From: Abditibacterium sp.
GTDB lineage: Bacteria; Armatimonadota; Abditibacteriia; Abditibacteriales; Abditibacteriaceae
Assembly: GCA_965199495.1 (NCBI GenBank)
Contig: CBDASK010000003.1
Location: forward strand, 1,120,001-1,184,000
Direction: 5' to 3'
Length of the DNA stretch: 64,000 nucleotides
Below, in pieces: positions 8,809 to 18,611 of this stretch. How positions within the stretch are numbered: position 1 is the stretch's first letter; the number at the start of each line of letters is the position of its first letter. Below the pieces are notes generated by a model. The model did no database searches. It saw nothing but the letters and a program-made list of their open reading frames with translations, and was not told the DNA's origin. The position numbers were made by a program, and so were the translations under genes.

Positions 8809-11079
8809 TTAGGTTGACGTGATGCTGGCCGAACTTTGGCGCTGTCTCAAAATGTAATCGGCCTGCTTCTCAAATTTGGATGCAGTGAGCTTATCCAAAA
8901 CATCCCAGTTTGAGGTGTCAAGAGCCGCAATTCGAGTCTTGACCTCATCCAAATTTTCCAGCCAATCAAAAACGCCAAGGATGATTTCTACGTCATTGAA
9001 CACTGGTGGGTCGTTCACAATCGTGCTTATAGAGCGAAAATGAATGAGGAAGGTGTGCAACTGATCATCCTTTTCGATTTGAGCATTAACCCAATCTTTT
9101 AGGGTCTCTGGCTGAGTTTCTGCCCAAAAGTTGATGGAATGTAGGTAAAGGGGCGAATTCCAAAGCGTTCCGTCTATGGCATGAGCGGCGATACGCTCCA
9201 CGAGAAGCCAGCGGAGTTGACTCAATTGTTCGGTTGTTGCACATGCTTTTTGAAGTGCCCAGACTTCATTTTTAGCGTTGATGCTCTCATTCTTCTGATC
9301 TTCTTTCTGTAGTTCTGCTACAAAAGCGGCGGGAATTCCATAGGCCAAAGAATTGGTTAAAGCCTCAATCAGCACCAAACCTCGTGTTTCTACGTCTGGC
9401 ATTGTTTTCAGCACCTCCTCAATGAAAACCGACACCCAGAGATATAAATCAAGTTCTCTGCCGTGCGCGTCGCTAAAGTTTAATATCGTCGTCAGCAGAC
9501 TTATGTTGTGTTCTTCAGGAACCTTGTCGATGCGCTGTAGTATTTCTCCCAAAAAGACCGTTAAAAGTTCTTGTTTTCTAAAATCGTCGAGCTGCTCCCA
9601 CATAGCTTCGGGTTGCCCGAAGCTATAATAGAATTTTTGAATCTGAGCCTGCGAAATCTGGTTTTGTGGGACTCGCAAAGCGAAGTAGGATGAGGCTTTC
9701 CATAGTGCGTTCCGCCTGTTGTGAATGGCGTATGATTTAGCCTCTTTGGATGTCTTGAAAGCCCAATAAGCTTGAGGGAATACCCATGTCAGAACTTTGC
9801 GCCCTGCATGACTTCGGTGTCCAGAGAGCTTTAACAGGACGGCTACTATCTCAGCGTTACCAGGAACTTCATCTTCATCAAGATTAGAATTTCCTAAAAC
9901 GTGTGCATACTGGCCATGCTCTTTGTTAGTAGATCGACGCGGATTGACCAAGTATTCTTTCACGTTTGGTAATTGTGCGTATACCTTTGGTTCCGTAATA
10001 CGAAGTGCTTCAAGCGCGACAAAATCGGCTAAATCAACTTCAAGCCCAGCTTCACCCACCATGATTGCGAGCGAAAACTCAAGCGCATTAAGCAAGCGAA
10101 TAATGTCGCGGGGTTGCGAGAGCAGTTCTCCCAATCCTCCTTTCTCCCACAGCAAATCGATATCGGATTTATATTCAGCGGAAAACGAGAGTTGCCAAGA
10201 CTTCAGTATTTTCTCGATACCGTCCTTCATCAGGACTTGCCGCTGCGTAGCGTGAATAGTAGGGACATCAATGGGAAGCTGAACAATCTTATCGAGGTAA
10301 TCGCGGCCATACTCGCCGAGCCGCGTTACTAACGCTTCTTCGACGCGGTCTCTTTGCATTAAGAGCAGATAAGTAAAGTTGGGAAAGTCCGCGTTGGCCT
10401 TCACCAATTGGAAGACGAGCATCATTTCTTCGACTTCCAAGCGATCAATGTCATCAATAACAACCAACAGCGGTTTCTCTAACTTTTTGAGTGCCTCACG
10501 CAAATCCTTTTTCTGTTGCTTTAAGCTCGTCTTAAATTCACCCATCGCGTCAACACCCAAATCCAGAACATCAGAAATATCCTTGGCGCCCTTGGCAGCC
10601 GTATTACCAACAATGGAAGCACCCGCTAATCCAAACGTTTCTCCTGCAATGCCTACCCATTTCACAGTGTTACCTAATAGAGCCAGATTCTTACTATAAC
10701 TCCGCAATTTTTGACGACCATCGTTTTGCTCCTCATGCCCTATTTTGAGCGCGATCTCGCCGAAAAAAGCAGCGAACAAAGCGTTTGAATCTTTCAATTG
10801 CCAAGGGTCAAACTCCACGATCTCTGGCCCTGCATTATCCTCTTCGAGCACCTCTAAAACCATGTTCTTGATCGAGGATTTTCCGCAACCCCACGCTCCT
10901 TGCAAACAGACGACAAAACTCTCTCGCCCCTCGCGGCGTTTGATGCTCGCAGCTAAATGTCGAGCGAATTTCTCTCGCCCGAACAAGTCTTGTTCCAAAT
11001 GCTCAATGGGCCGGTCAGAAGCGAACTCAGAGTTGTTCTCTTCTGCGTTTAGTGGCTCTTGTTCAGTGTCGTTATTCAT
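8809..11079 (-). CDS. KAP family P-loop NTPase
   Basis: DLFGREKFA, LQGAWGCGKSS, FDPW, LVVIDDIDRL, YLDKIVQLP, PRDIIRLLN. Confidence 0.92.
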   Translation of the reverse strand: MNNDTEQEPLNAEENNSEFASDRPIEHLEQDLFGREKFARHLAASIKRREGRESFVVCLQGAWGCGKSSIKNMVLEVLEEDNAGPEIVEFDPWQLKDSNALFAAFFGEIALKIGHEEQNDGRQKLRSYSKNLALLGNTVKWVGIAGETFGLAGASIVGNTAAKGAKDISDVLDLGVDAMGEFKTSLKQQKKDLREALKKLEKPLLVVIDDIDRLEVEEMMLVFQLVKANADFPNFTYLLLMQRDRVEEALVTRLGEYGRDYLDKIVQLPIDVPTIHATQRQVLMKDGIEKILKSWQLSFSAEYKSDIDLLWEKGGLGELLSQPRDIIRLLNALEFSLAIMVGEAGLEVDLADFVALEALRITEPKVYAQLPNVKEYLVNPRRSTNKEHGQYAHVLGNSNLDEDEVPGNAEIVAVLLKLSGHRSHAGRKVLTWVFPQAYWAFKTSKEAKSYAIHNRRNALWKASSYFALRVPQNQISQAQIQKFYYSFGQPEAMWEQLDDFRKQELLTVFLGEILQRIDKVPEEHNISLLTTILNFSDAHGRELDLYLWVSVFIEEVLKTMPDVETRGLVLIEALTNSLAYGIPAAFVAELQKEDQKNESINAKNEVWALQKACATTEQLSQLRWLLVERIAAHAIDGTLWNSPLYLHSINFWAETQPETLKDWVNAQIEKDDQLHTFLIHFRSISTIVNDPPVFNDVEIILGVFDWLENLDEVKTRIAALDTSNWDVLDKLTASKFEKQADYILRQRQSSASITST

Positions 11080-11088
11080 AGTTTTCCT

Positions 11089-11859
11089 TTAAATTTTCTC
11101 TCCCCACTCTTCCAACTTCGCTTTGCGCGCTTTCCAATCCGGCAGAAACCGACTGAGCAAGCGATAAAACTCTGGCCCGTGATGCGGGATTTGTAGGTGG
11201 CAGAGTTCATGGAACAGCACGTATTCGATGCAATCCACTGGCGTTTTAACTAAGTCGAGGCCCAACATCAATTTGCCGCCCGCCGTGCAACTTCCCCAGC
11301 GTTTTTCCATGCGGCGCACTTCCCATGTCGGCGGCGCGCTTAACTCCAAACTACGCGCGCCCGCCAGACACTTCTCCAACCACAACGCGAATACTTCGTG
11401 TGCTCGCTCGCGATACCATTCGGTTAGCGATTTCTGCACACGCTCGGTGCGCGATGCTTCGCTCTCATCATACGGCGATTGGGCACGCACCCACAAAAAT
11501 TGGTCTTCAAGCGTAACACCTGCGCGCTCGGATTCGCCGTCGTGCAATTGAATTAATTTGAGACGATAGGCGCGGCCCAGATACCAGTGCGTTTCTCCGG
11601 CGAAGTAGCCGTGTCGGTCATTCGCGGGCTGCGCCGTGGCTGGTGAGAAGCCGCGCCACTGAGTTGCGATCCAACGTGCCTTGGCGTCCACGCGCTTGAG
11701 AACAGTAGCCACGTCAGCGCCGTGCGGCGCCACGACGCTCAAACTACGGTCGGGATGAACCGAAATCGCCACACTTTTGCGCTTGCTATTCTCGATGTTA
11801 AACGGCAATTCGAGCGCGCCGTAACTCAAGATGAAGCCGGACGAAGTTTCGCGGATCAT
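11089..11859 (-). CDS. YgjP/DUF45 (M48-like) metallohydrolase associated with type I R-M
   Basis: RWGSC, IEYVLFHELCHL..PHHGPEFY (HExxH). Coupled to the hsdR stop. Confidence 0.9.
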   Translation of the reverse strand: MIRETSSGFILSYGALELPFNIENSKRKSVAISVHPDRSLSVVAPHGADVATVLKRVDAKARWIATQWRGFSPATAQPANDRHGYFAGETHWYLGRAYRLKLIQLHDGESERAGVTLEDQFLWVRAQSPYDESEASRTERVQKSLTEWYRERAHEVFALWLEKCLAGARSLELSAPPTWEVRRMEKRWGSCTAGGKLMLGLDLVKTPVDCIEYVLFHELCHLQIPHHGPEFYRLLSRFLPDWKARKAKLEEWGEKI

Positions 11860-14800
11860 TGGGCATATCTCCGTTTAGCGACTTCGAGCGTGCGCTCTAA
11901 CAACGCATCAATGTCATCGTAATCCCATTTGAAGCCGCTATCTTTAGCGCCATCGAGCCAGGCCGATTCCAAATCGATTTTCAACTGATTTTGCAAATCT
12001 TCGTTGTTTTGCCAGTTCACAATGAGCGCCTTTTTGATGATGCCGTTGGTTTGCAAAGCCCACTGCGCGGCGGCTTCATCTATGTCGCTTTCACTGCGGT
12101 ATTTCGCTTTCAGAAGAGGTTCCAGTGCGGGGCGCAACAGGCCATAAAACGCTTGGGCGACCGATTCATCGCGCAGTGAAGCGGGTAACTCTTTGGCGCG
12201 CGCGCTGCCGCTTTCGCCCAGAGTTTTGACGCGATTGAGATACGTCGCTTCGTCAATGCGATTGCGGGCGAAGTCTTCGATGGCCTCTTCGACTAAGCGC
12301 GAAAACTTCTCGTAAAACGCGGGGTCTTCCTCCATTTTAGCGACTGCCGTTTTCTTCAAACGATGAGCGATTTGGTCGGCTTTAGCGCCATCGCTGAGAT
12401 CGGGCGCACCCTCGACTTTGGCGATTTCGCGCGCGAAAGCCTCGCTGTCGAAAATATCAAATTGTTCAACGATGATTTTCGCGGCTTCGGCTTTAACATG
12501 GTCGCCCAACAGCTTGCGTATTTGGTTCTCGTAATCCTTGAAGTCCACCTTCTCCGCATAACGACGGGCCACGCTTTGGCGCAGCGACTCGAAGAACTTG
12601 AAATCGCGATCATATTTTTTCTGCGTGGCTCCATCGGTCGAGTTGAGATAAGTCACCGAAGCCCGCGCGATTTGTAGGCACTTGGCGAACGCGGTCAAGC
12701 GTTCGTAAAACTCGTCGCGTTTAGACTGCTCGGCCAGATGGCGCTCCATCGCTTCGCCATCGGCGCGATTGACGCCCTCGAATAAAGCCCAGATTTCGCT
12801 CCAACGTTCGGGTAAATCCTCTAAAATCTTGGCAACACTGGTAACCGTATCTGCCACATCTTCGGCGTCGTAACCCTCGTTGGCGAGCTGGTCATAGAAG
12901 CTCATTGCCTGATTAAGATTGCCCAACACGCCGCGATAATCCACTATGTGCCCATAATCTTTGCCCGCGAAGCGTCGGTTGACGCGCGCGATAGCTTGCA
13001 ACAGCGTGTGCCCGTCGAGCGAGCGCGTCAAATACATCACTGTGTCGCGCGGCGCGTCGAATCCAGTGATGAGCTTGGAAACCACGATAAGGATTTCGGG
13101 GCCTTCGCTCCCCTTGAAGGCAGCGACGATTTCATCGTTATATTTCTTCTCCGAGTTGCCAAAGCGCGTCATCATCTTCTTCCAAAAGTCTTGCACCGTC
13201 GAGATGTTGCTTTCATCGGTGTCAACATGATCTTCGCGCGTATCAGGCGCCGAAATTATCACGTCGTTTTTGATGTCGCTATATTGATTCAAAAACTTCT
13301 GGTAAAGCACCGCCGTGGCTTTGTCGGGCGCGACCAATTGCGCCTTGAAACCCTTACCGCTCCAGTTGTCCTCCCAATGCTGAATAATGTCGAGAGCAAT
13401 CTCTTCGATGCGAGTTTCGACTTTATTGATTTCGTCAGCACGCGACAGTTTGCGCTTCAAGTCGGCTTTTTGTTCATCGCTCAGTTTACGGGTGACGCGC
13501 TCGAAATAACGGTCGAGGTTGGGACTATCTACCGTCTGCGGCACTTCGCGGCCTTCGTAAAGCAACGGCACGACGGCGCCATCAGCCACGGCCTGACGAA
13601 TGGTGTAAACCGGCTGAATCAGGCCGCCGAACTTATCAATCGTATCTTTACCCATTTCGCCATTGACGCCCTTTTTCTTGATCGGCGTGCCGGTGAAACC
13701 GAGATAACAGGCGTTGGGCAAAGCCTGTTTCATTTGAGTGTGAAAAATGTTGAATTGCGAGCGATGGCACTCGTCTACCATCACGAAAATATTGGGGAGA
13801 TTGAGACGTAGCGGCGCGCGCCCAGTTTTAGGATCCCCCTGAGCGGCGCTGCCAAACTTGTTGATAATCGTCGTGATAATCTGGCTGCTCTGGCTTTTCA
13901 ACAATCCTGGCAATTGCGGGCCAGTCGGTGCCTTCACGACGTCCATGCCGCAGTTGGAGAAGTTGGTCAGGATTTGACCATCCAACTCGATGCGGTCGTT
14001 GACCAGAATGATTTTAGTGCCTGGCAATTCCAGCCGCGCGATGGCTTTGGCCAGCATCACCATCGTCAGCGACTTGCCGCTGCCCTGAGTGTGCCAAACC
14101 ACCCCACCCCGCTCCTTGTCGCCACCGGCGCGCGCTTGAATGCGCTCGATGATGTTTTTGACCACGAAGAATTGTTGATAGCGCGCGACCTTCTTCTCGC
14201 CCGCATCAAACAACGTGAACTCGCGCGCCAGTTCCAACAGTCGCTGTGGACGAAACAAAGAGTAGAGCAATTGGTCTTGAGCAGTCGTTAAACGAGAAGT
14301 CTCTAACGCTTCAAACTGCGCGCGCGCGGCATCGGTGCGAGTCTTGAACATCTCGTCTTTGACCGCTTTCGATAAAGGCTTGCGAACTAAGGTTTGTAGT
14401 TCGGGCGATTCATCTTCGCGCCACAGCGACCATTCGTGGTCGGGTGCGCCGACAGTCGAGTATTTGGCCTCATTCGTGGCGATGCCGCCCAAAAGTTGGA
14501 TAGTGCCAAAGAGCGCGGGAATCTCATCGGCTTTCTGGTTTCGCAACTGCTGCGAAATCGCCTCTTTTACTCCTTTAGTCGGACGCTTACATTCGATGAC
14601 TGCGAAGGGGATGCCGTTGACGAAGAGCACCAAATCGGGCCGCCGTAGCTCAGAAGAGTTGGTTCGCTGCACCTCGAACTCTTCGGTGACGTGAAAAACA
14701 TTGTTTTGTAGACACGTCACCGGATCCCAGTCGATGTATTGCAGGGTATGGCTTTTGGTGTCTCCGTTGATGGTTTGCGGCAACGATTTACCCAACAGTA

Positions 14801-15143
14801 GCCATTGGGTTAGCTCCGCATTGACCGTGATAAGACCGGAGCCAATCGGCACCGATTTCAGGACGCGGATGGCTTCACTCAAGTTGGCCTGACTCCACGA
14901 GTGAATTTTTCCGCCCTTTTCGATGCGATTGAAAAAGGCCAGACGCTCCAGCAGAATCGGTTCGAGCAGCAAATTCGACTTGCGCCCGCCACGCAACGCG
15001 AGCGCCGCAGAGGGTGAAAGATAGCTGAAGCCCAGGTTTTGCAGAAGATGTAGCGCGGGCAGTTGGGATACATCGTCTTCGCGCAGTGATGGAGTAAAAT
15101 CGGACATAAAATTAAAAGCGCTCATCGGCTTCAATGATTTCAA
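11856..15143 (-). CDS. hsdR: Type I restriction endonuclease subunit R (start may be 15107)
   Basis: RRPDLVLFVNGIPFAVIECK nuclease motif, WHTQGSGKS, DECHRSQ, GFTGTP, LITGFDAP, LLQAIARVNR. Confidence 0.97.
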   Translation of the reverse strand: MKSLKPMSAFNFMSDFTPSLREDDVSQLPALHLLQNLGFSYLSPSAALALRGGRKSNLLLEPILLERLAFFNRIEKGGKIHSWSQANLSEAIRVLKSVPIGSGLITVNAELTQWLLLGKSLPQTINGDTKSHTLQYIDWDPVTCLQNNVFHVTEEFEVQRTNSSELRRPDLVLFVNGIPFAVIECKRPTKGVKEAISQQLRNQKADEIPALFGTIQLLGGIATNEAKYSTVGAPDHEWSLWREDESPELQTLVRKPLSKAVKDEMFKTRTDAARAQFEALETSRLTTAQDQLLYSLFRPQRLLELAREFTLFDAGEKKVARYQQFFVVKNIIERIQARAGGDKERGGVVWHTQGSGKSLTMVMLAKAIARLELPGTKIILVNDRIELDGQILTNFSNCGMDVVKAPTGPQLPGLLKSQSSQIITTIINKFGSAAQGDPKTGRAPLRLNLPNIFVMVDECHRSQFNIFHTQMKQALPNACYLGFTGTPIKKKGVNGEMGKDTIDKFGGLIQPVYTIRQAVADGAVVPLLYEGREVPQTVDSPNLDRYFERVTRKLSDEQKADLKRKLSRADEINKVETRIEEIALDIIQHWEDNWSGKGFKAQLVAPDKATAVLYQKFLNQYSDIKNDVIISAPDTREDHVDTDESNISTVQDFWKKMMTRFGNSEKKYNDEIVAAFKGSEGPEILIVVSKLITGFDAPRDTVMYLTRSLDGHTLLQAIARVNRRFAGKDYGHIVDYRGVLGNLNQAMSFYDQLANEGYDAEDVADTVTSVAKILEDLPERWSEIWALFEGVNRADGEAMERHLAEQSKRDEFYERLTAFAKCLQIARASVTYLNSTDGATQKKYDRDFKFFESLRQSVARRYAEKVDFKDYENQIRKLLGDHVKAEAAKIIVEQFDIFDSEAFAREIAKVEGAPDLSDGAKADQIAHRLKKTAVAKMEEDPAFYEKFSRLVEEAIEDFARNRIDEATYLNRVKTLGESGSARAKELPASLRDESVAQAFYGLLRPALEPLLKAKYRSESDIDEAAAQWALQTNGIIKKALIVNWQNNEDLQNQLKIDLESAWLDGAKDSGFKWDYDDIDALLERTLEVAKRRYAQ

Positions 15144-15196
15144 AGCGTTCGAGCTTAAATATTGGTAGAGACTGTCGAGCTTGCGCCCAAACCGGT

Positions 15197-15595
15197 TTAA
15201 ACCTCAGCCAGTTTGGGCGACTTGGAGCTACGTTTGTTGATGATACGGCGCGCGGGTTTCTTCCTGACTTTAGCGGTAATAACGACTTTATCACTGGGCG
15301 CTTGGGCGATAAGTTTTAGCACGTCGGGTCTTTGTGCAACGAGGGTGAGCAAGACGCGCGCGGGGCCGGTCGGCTGGCGGCGTCCCTGTTCCCAGTTGCG
15401 CACGGTGCCCGCACTGACATCTAAAGCCTGAGAAAACGCTTTTTGCGATAGGCCCAGACTCTCGCGCAGTGGCTTCACTGCGGGAGCAGCAGGAGTGGAA
15501 AGCGTGGTGGTGCGCGTGGGTTGGGCTTCGCCGCGCACAATCGCGCCCGCCTCGCGCACGCTTTGCATCAGTTCTTCAAACAGTTCGGTTTCCAT
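15197..15595 (-). CDS. HigA/NadS-like HTH antitoxin
   Basis: LFEELMQSVREA...LGLSQKAFS..L.VS..TVRNWEQGRRQPTGPARVLL. Directly downstream of the toxin. Confidence 0.88.
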   Translation of the reverse strand: METELFEELMQSVREAGAIVRGEAQPTRTTTLSTPAAPAVKPLRESLGLSQKAFSQALDVSAGTVRNWEQGRRQPTGPARVLLTLVAQRPDVLKLIAQAPSDKVVITAKVRKKPARRIINKRSSKSPKLAEV

Positions 15596-15943
15596 TTATT
15601 TCTCCTTGGCAATCGTTTCGGACAAGGTTTCTGCTTCGACCAGAGCGCGCAACATACGCTTCTGTTCGGCGGTTAGATCGTCGGCCCGACTTTTATCGTA
15701 AATGAGTAGCAACAGGATTTGCTGCCGATCCACGAGCCGGTAATAAATCACGCGGGCACCTCCACGTTTACCGCGTCCTTCGAGCGCCACGCGTAGTTTT
15801 CTCATGCCTCCGGTGCCCTGAATGACTTGTCCCACTTCGGGATTCTCCAACAACCTGTTTTGCATTGCGCCCAACTCCTCATCCGATAGAAGCTCGACGA
15901 CATATTTAGTGAAAATTGGAGTTTCCAGAAAAGTCTGAGTCAC
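15596..15943 (-). CDS. RelE/HigB2-family toxin
   Basis: FLETPIF...NPEVGQVIQGTGGMRKLR...GRGKRGGARVIYY...LLLIYDK...DDLT. Confidence 0.9.
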   Translation of the reverse strand: MTQTFLETPIFTKYVVELLSDEELGAMQNRLLENPEVGQVIQGTGGMRKLRVALEGRGKRGGARVIYYRLVDRQQILLLLIYDKSRADDLTAEQKRMLRALVEAETLSETIAKEK

Positions 15944-15998
15944 CTTCCAAGTATAAGTCAGCGGCGCACCAAATGCACATTATGTAGAGCGATGTTTG

Positions 15999-16985
15999 TT
16001 AGCGTTTTCCTTTTGCTTCCCGTTCAGCTTCCTCTGATTCCAAAACTGTGAACCGTCCGTCGTCTATTCGCTGACCAAGATGGGTAATAGCCCCAAAGTT
16101 ATTTCGTCCCCTACCAATGAAGTTGCCTGTTGCGAGACCGACAATGCTGCTGCCATCTACGGCAAGAACTTCTCCGACAGAAACATCTGTTGCAGCCGAG
16201 ACTTCGGGAGACCGTCCAACGCCACCAATACGCCCCATTGCTATGGCCCCGACAGCCTGTTGTATTTGATCTTGCTGCTGCTGGTTGGTCAGTTCGGCGT
16301 CCTGATGGCGGCGCTCAATCGAAGCGTAGTCGAGCAAACCTTGCGCTTCGAGTTGCGCCATCCAACGACGGGTGCCGAATGAACCAGCCACGATGCCTTG
16401 CACCAGCAAATCCGCATCGAGTTCTTCCCAGTGCAATCCGCTCCCGCCGCCCAGCAATTCCACGCGTTCGATCAATTCGGGCGGCGCACCAGCCACGCCC
16501 TGCAAAAGCTCGACGGGCACCAGCAGAAGCGCGCCGCCGCGCAACGTCAGCGCCAGATCGCCCGACGCGCGGTCGTAACGCGCCGCGATTGCGTGCGCCT
16601 CGCGCTCGCTCGATTCCAAATCGTCAAAATCTTCCTCGTCCTCTTCAATGTCTTGTGTGTCCGCATCTGTTTCCATCGTTCGCAAACCATTATATTTGAC
16701 CAGCGACAGCAGTTTCAACGCGGGGCCAGAGGGCGATTTTTCACCGCGTTCCCACTGCGAAATCAAACCGGGCGTCACACCGAGATAACGGGCGAAGACG
16801 GCTTGACTGGCCAGAGTTTCGGCGCGAATAGCGCGGATTTGTTCGGGCGAGAGTTTCTCGACGGGCATCAGGCACGATTCGTCCAGTTCGCGCATCGTCA
16901 TTTTATCGAGTATGCCGACGCGGTGCAGTCCTTCGGCGGTGCGGTGGAGCGCCGCCATCGCGTCACTCTTGTAAGTTTTCTTCAT
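15999..16985 (-). CDS. HigA-like HTH antitoxin fused to a DUF2442-like domain
   Basis: Likely start MKKTYKSDAMAALH (16985). SQAVFARYL...SQWERGEKSPSGPALKLL, then an acidic linker, then VELLGGGSGLHWEELDADLLV (DUF2442-like). Confidence 0.75.
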   Translation of the reverse strand: MKKTYKSDAMAALHRTAEGLHRVGILDKMTMRELDESCLMPVEKLSPEQIRAIRAETLASQAVFARYLGVTPGLISQWERGEKSPSGPALKLLSLVKYNGLRTMETDADTQDIEEDEEDFDDLESSEREAHAIAARYDRASGDLALTLRGGALLLVPVELLQGVAGAPPELIERVELLGGGSGLHWEELDADLLVQGIVAGSFGTRRWMAQLEAQGLLDYASIERRHQDAELTNQQQQDQIQQAVGAIAMGRIGGVGRSPEVSAATDVSVGEVLAVDGSSIVGLATGNFIGRGRNNFGAITHLGQRIDDGRFTVLESEEAEREAKGKR

Positions 16986-17403
16986 TGCATTTGACCTCGG
17001 TGAGTTCGCCGGTTTCGATGAGTTCATCGAGTCGGCTGTCGTCGGCATCGAGCGTTGGGCCAGCGACAAGTTTGTAGGCTTTCAGTTCGGCAACATTGAG
17101 ATTGGCGCGATTGCTTTTGGCAAAGCCGTAAACAAAAAATGTGCGGTGCGCGGCGCGGAAAAAGAGGATCGAACGAAACCCGCCCGATTTGCCCTGTCCA
17201 GGCCGCGCGATGCGCTGTTTGATGACGCCGCCACCCAAATCGGCGTCAATCAAACCGCGCTCGGCGCGTGCCACGACCTCGCACAATTGAGCGTCGCTGA
17301 TACCGTTGCGCCGCGCGAAACGAGCGAACTCCGCGAATTTGAAAACTCGCATCGCCGCCGCTTCGGGCGTCGCGCCCTCAGATTCGACGTTGAGTTCGTT
17401 CAT
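16963..17403 (-). CDS. RelE/ParE-like toxin (DUF1044 type)
   Basis: FARFARR.GISD..L...GLIDADLGGGVIKQRIARPGQGKSGGFR...FFVYGFAKS.RAN. ATGA overlap with the hsdS stop. Confidence 0.88.
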   Translation of the reverse strand: MNELNVESEGATPEAAAMRVFKFAEFARFARRNGISDAQLCEVVARAERGLIDADLGGGVIKQRIARPGQGKSGGFRSILFFRAAHRTFFVYGFAKSNRANLNVAELKAYKLVAGPTLDADDSRLDELIETGELTEVKCNEENLQE

Positions 17404-18611
17404 CTCTCACCCTCAGTGTTAGAGCGCGTCACATCATCAAGGTTCCCTGCGTTTGCCACTGCGACCGATTTTTCGCCCGAAAGCAGCAGTTGCATCAACC
17501 CGCGTTTCTGCGTTTTGAGCGCGTCGAGTTGCTTTTGCAGCAGTTGTATCTCCGACGTGGCTGCATCGAGCACATCGGCGATGCGACGTTGTTCAGCTAC
17601 TACGGGAACCTCAACTTTTAATCGAGCGAAGTTGACATATTTCAGGCTCAATGTATCGGCGACCATTCCTTGCGAGTGGCGATGAAACAGCGAAATCATC
17701 GGGCCAAACTTAAACAGGTGTCCGGCAAACTCCGCGTCGATTAACTTGGTAGGAGTGCAGACCGTGTAAGCGGGGCTGATAATACCTTCTAAGCGCGAAA
17801 CTGCCGAAACGCCCTGCCACATTCGCATCGTGTTATATCCGATGTCGCCTGGCACAATTCGCAAATAAGCCTTTTTATCTTTGTTCGAGCTATCCTTGCG
17901 TTCCATTTCGTCGCGCGGAACAACACCACGAGTTCCCGTAATGGAGAGCAAAGGTAAATCAGGACGATTTGCTTCACCCCGCTCGGAGAACAGTTCACCC
18001 AGCTTTCGCGTTTGCCACGCTTGTCCCTCGAACTCGGCAAAGCGCCGCTCGCCGGTGAGCAATTGTTGCATCAGCCCGCGTTTGTGCTGGGTTTTGGCGG
18101 CGATGAGTTGCGCCGTGTCGCCGATTGCCGCATCCCAAACGCCCAAAATGCGCGCGATTTCGATTTGTTCGGGAAGCGGCGGCCAACTCCATTCTGATTG
18201 CGAGACAGCACTCCATTTCATGCGTGGCATCTTCGAGCCATGCGAAGCTCTCAAGACGTGAGCAATGAAATCATCGTGCATCAGGAAGTAAAGTAAGAAA
18301 TCTTGGCTGAATCCTTCTTTTGAGCGCAGCACGATAATTTCAGTTGAACAAACGCCCGACATTGGCGGTTTGACTACTTTTCGCAAGTAAGGGCGCAAAC
18401 TACCAAACAGCACATCGCCCGCTTCAAACTTTCTTTTTGTGCTTTGCGTTTCCGAAGATTGGCCGATATCATCGAGCAGCAAAGTTTGCTGCTCGATGTG
18501 TTCTAAGCCGATATAAGTCAAATCTTCGTTTGCGTTGGGTTCGTAGGCATCACGTAGCTCTTGAGCGACCTCGCTCAATTTGACTTTTTTCCAACCTTTA
18601 GGCAAGCTCAT
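17400..18611 (-). CDS. hsdS: Type I R-M specificity subunit
   Basis: LPKGWKKVKL, two TRDs, PPLPEQIEIARIL and EQRRIADVL, repeated KRGLMQQLLTG conserved regions. Confidence 0.95.
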   Translation of the reverse strand: MSLPKGWKKVKLSEVAQELRDAYEPNANEDLTYIGLEHIEQQTLLLDDIGQSSETQSTKRKFEAGDVLFGSLRPYLRKVVKPPMSGVCSTEIIVLRSKEGFSQDFLLYFLMHDDFIAHVLRASHGSKMPRMKWSAVSQSEWSWPPLPEQIEIARILGVWDAAIGDTAQLIAAKTQHKRGLMQQLLTGERRFAEFEGQAWQTRKLGELFSERGEANRPDLPLLSITGTRGVVPRDEMERKDSSNKDKKAYLRIVPGDIGYNTMRMWQGVSAVSRLEGIISPAYTVCTPTKLIDAEFAGHLFKFGPMISLFHRHSQGMVADTLSLKYVNFARLKVEVPVVAEQRRIADVLDAATSEIQLLQKQLDALKTQKRGLMQLLLSGEKSVAVANAGNLDDVTRSNTEGER

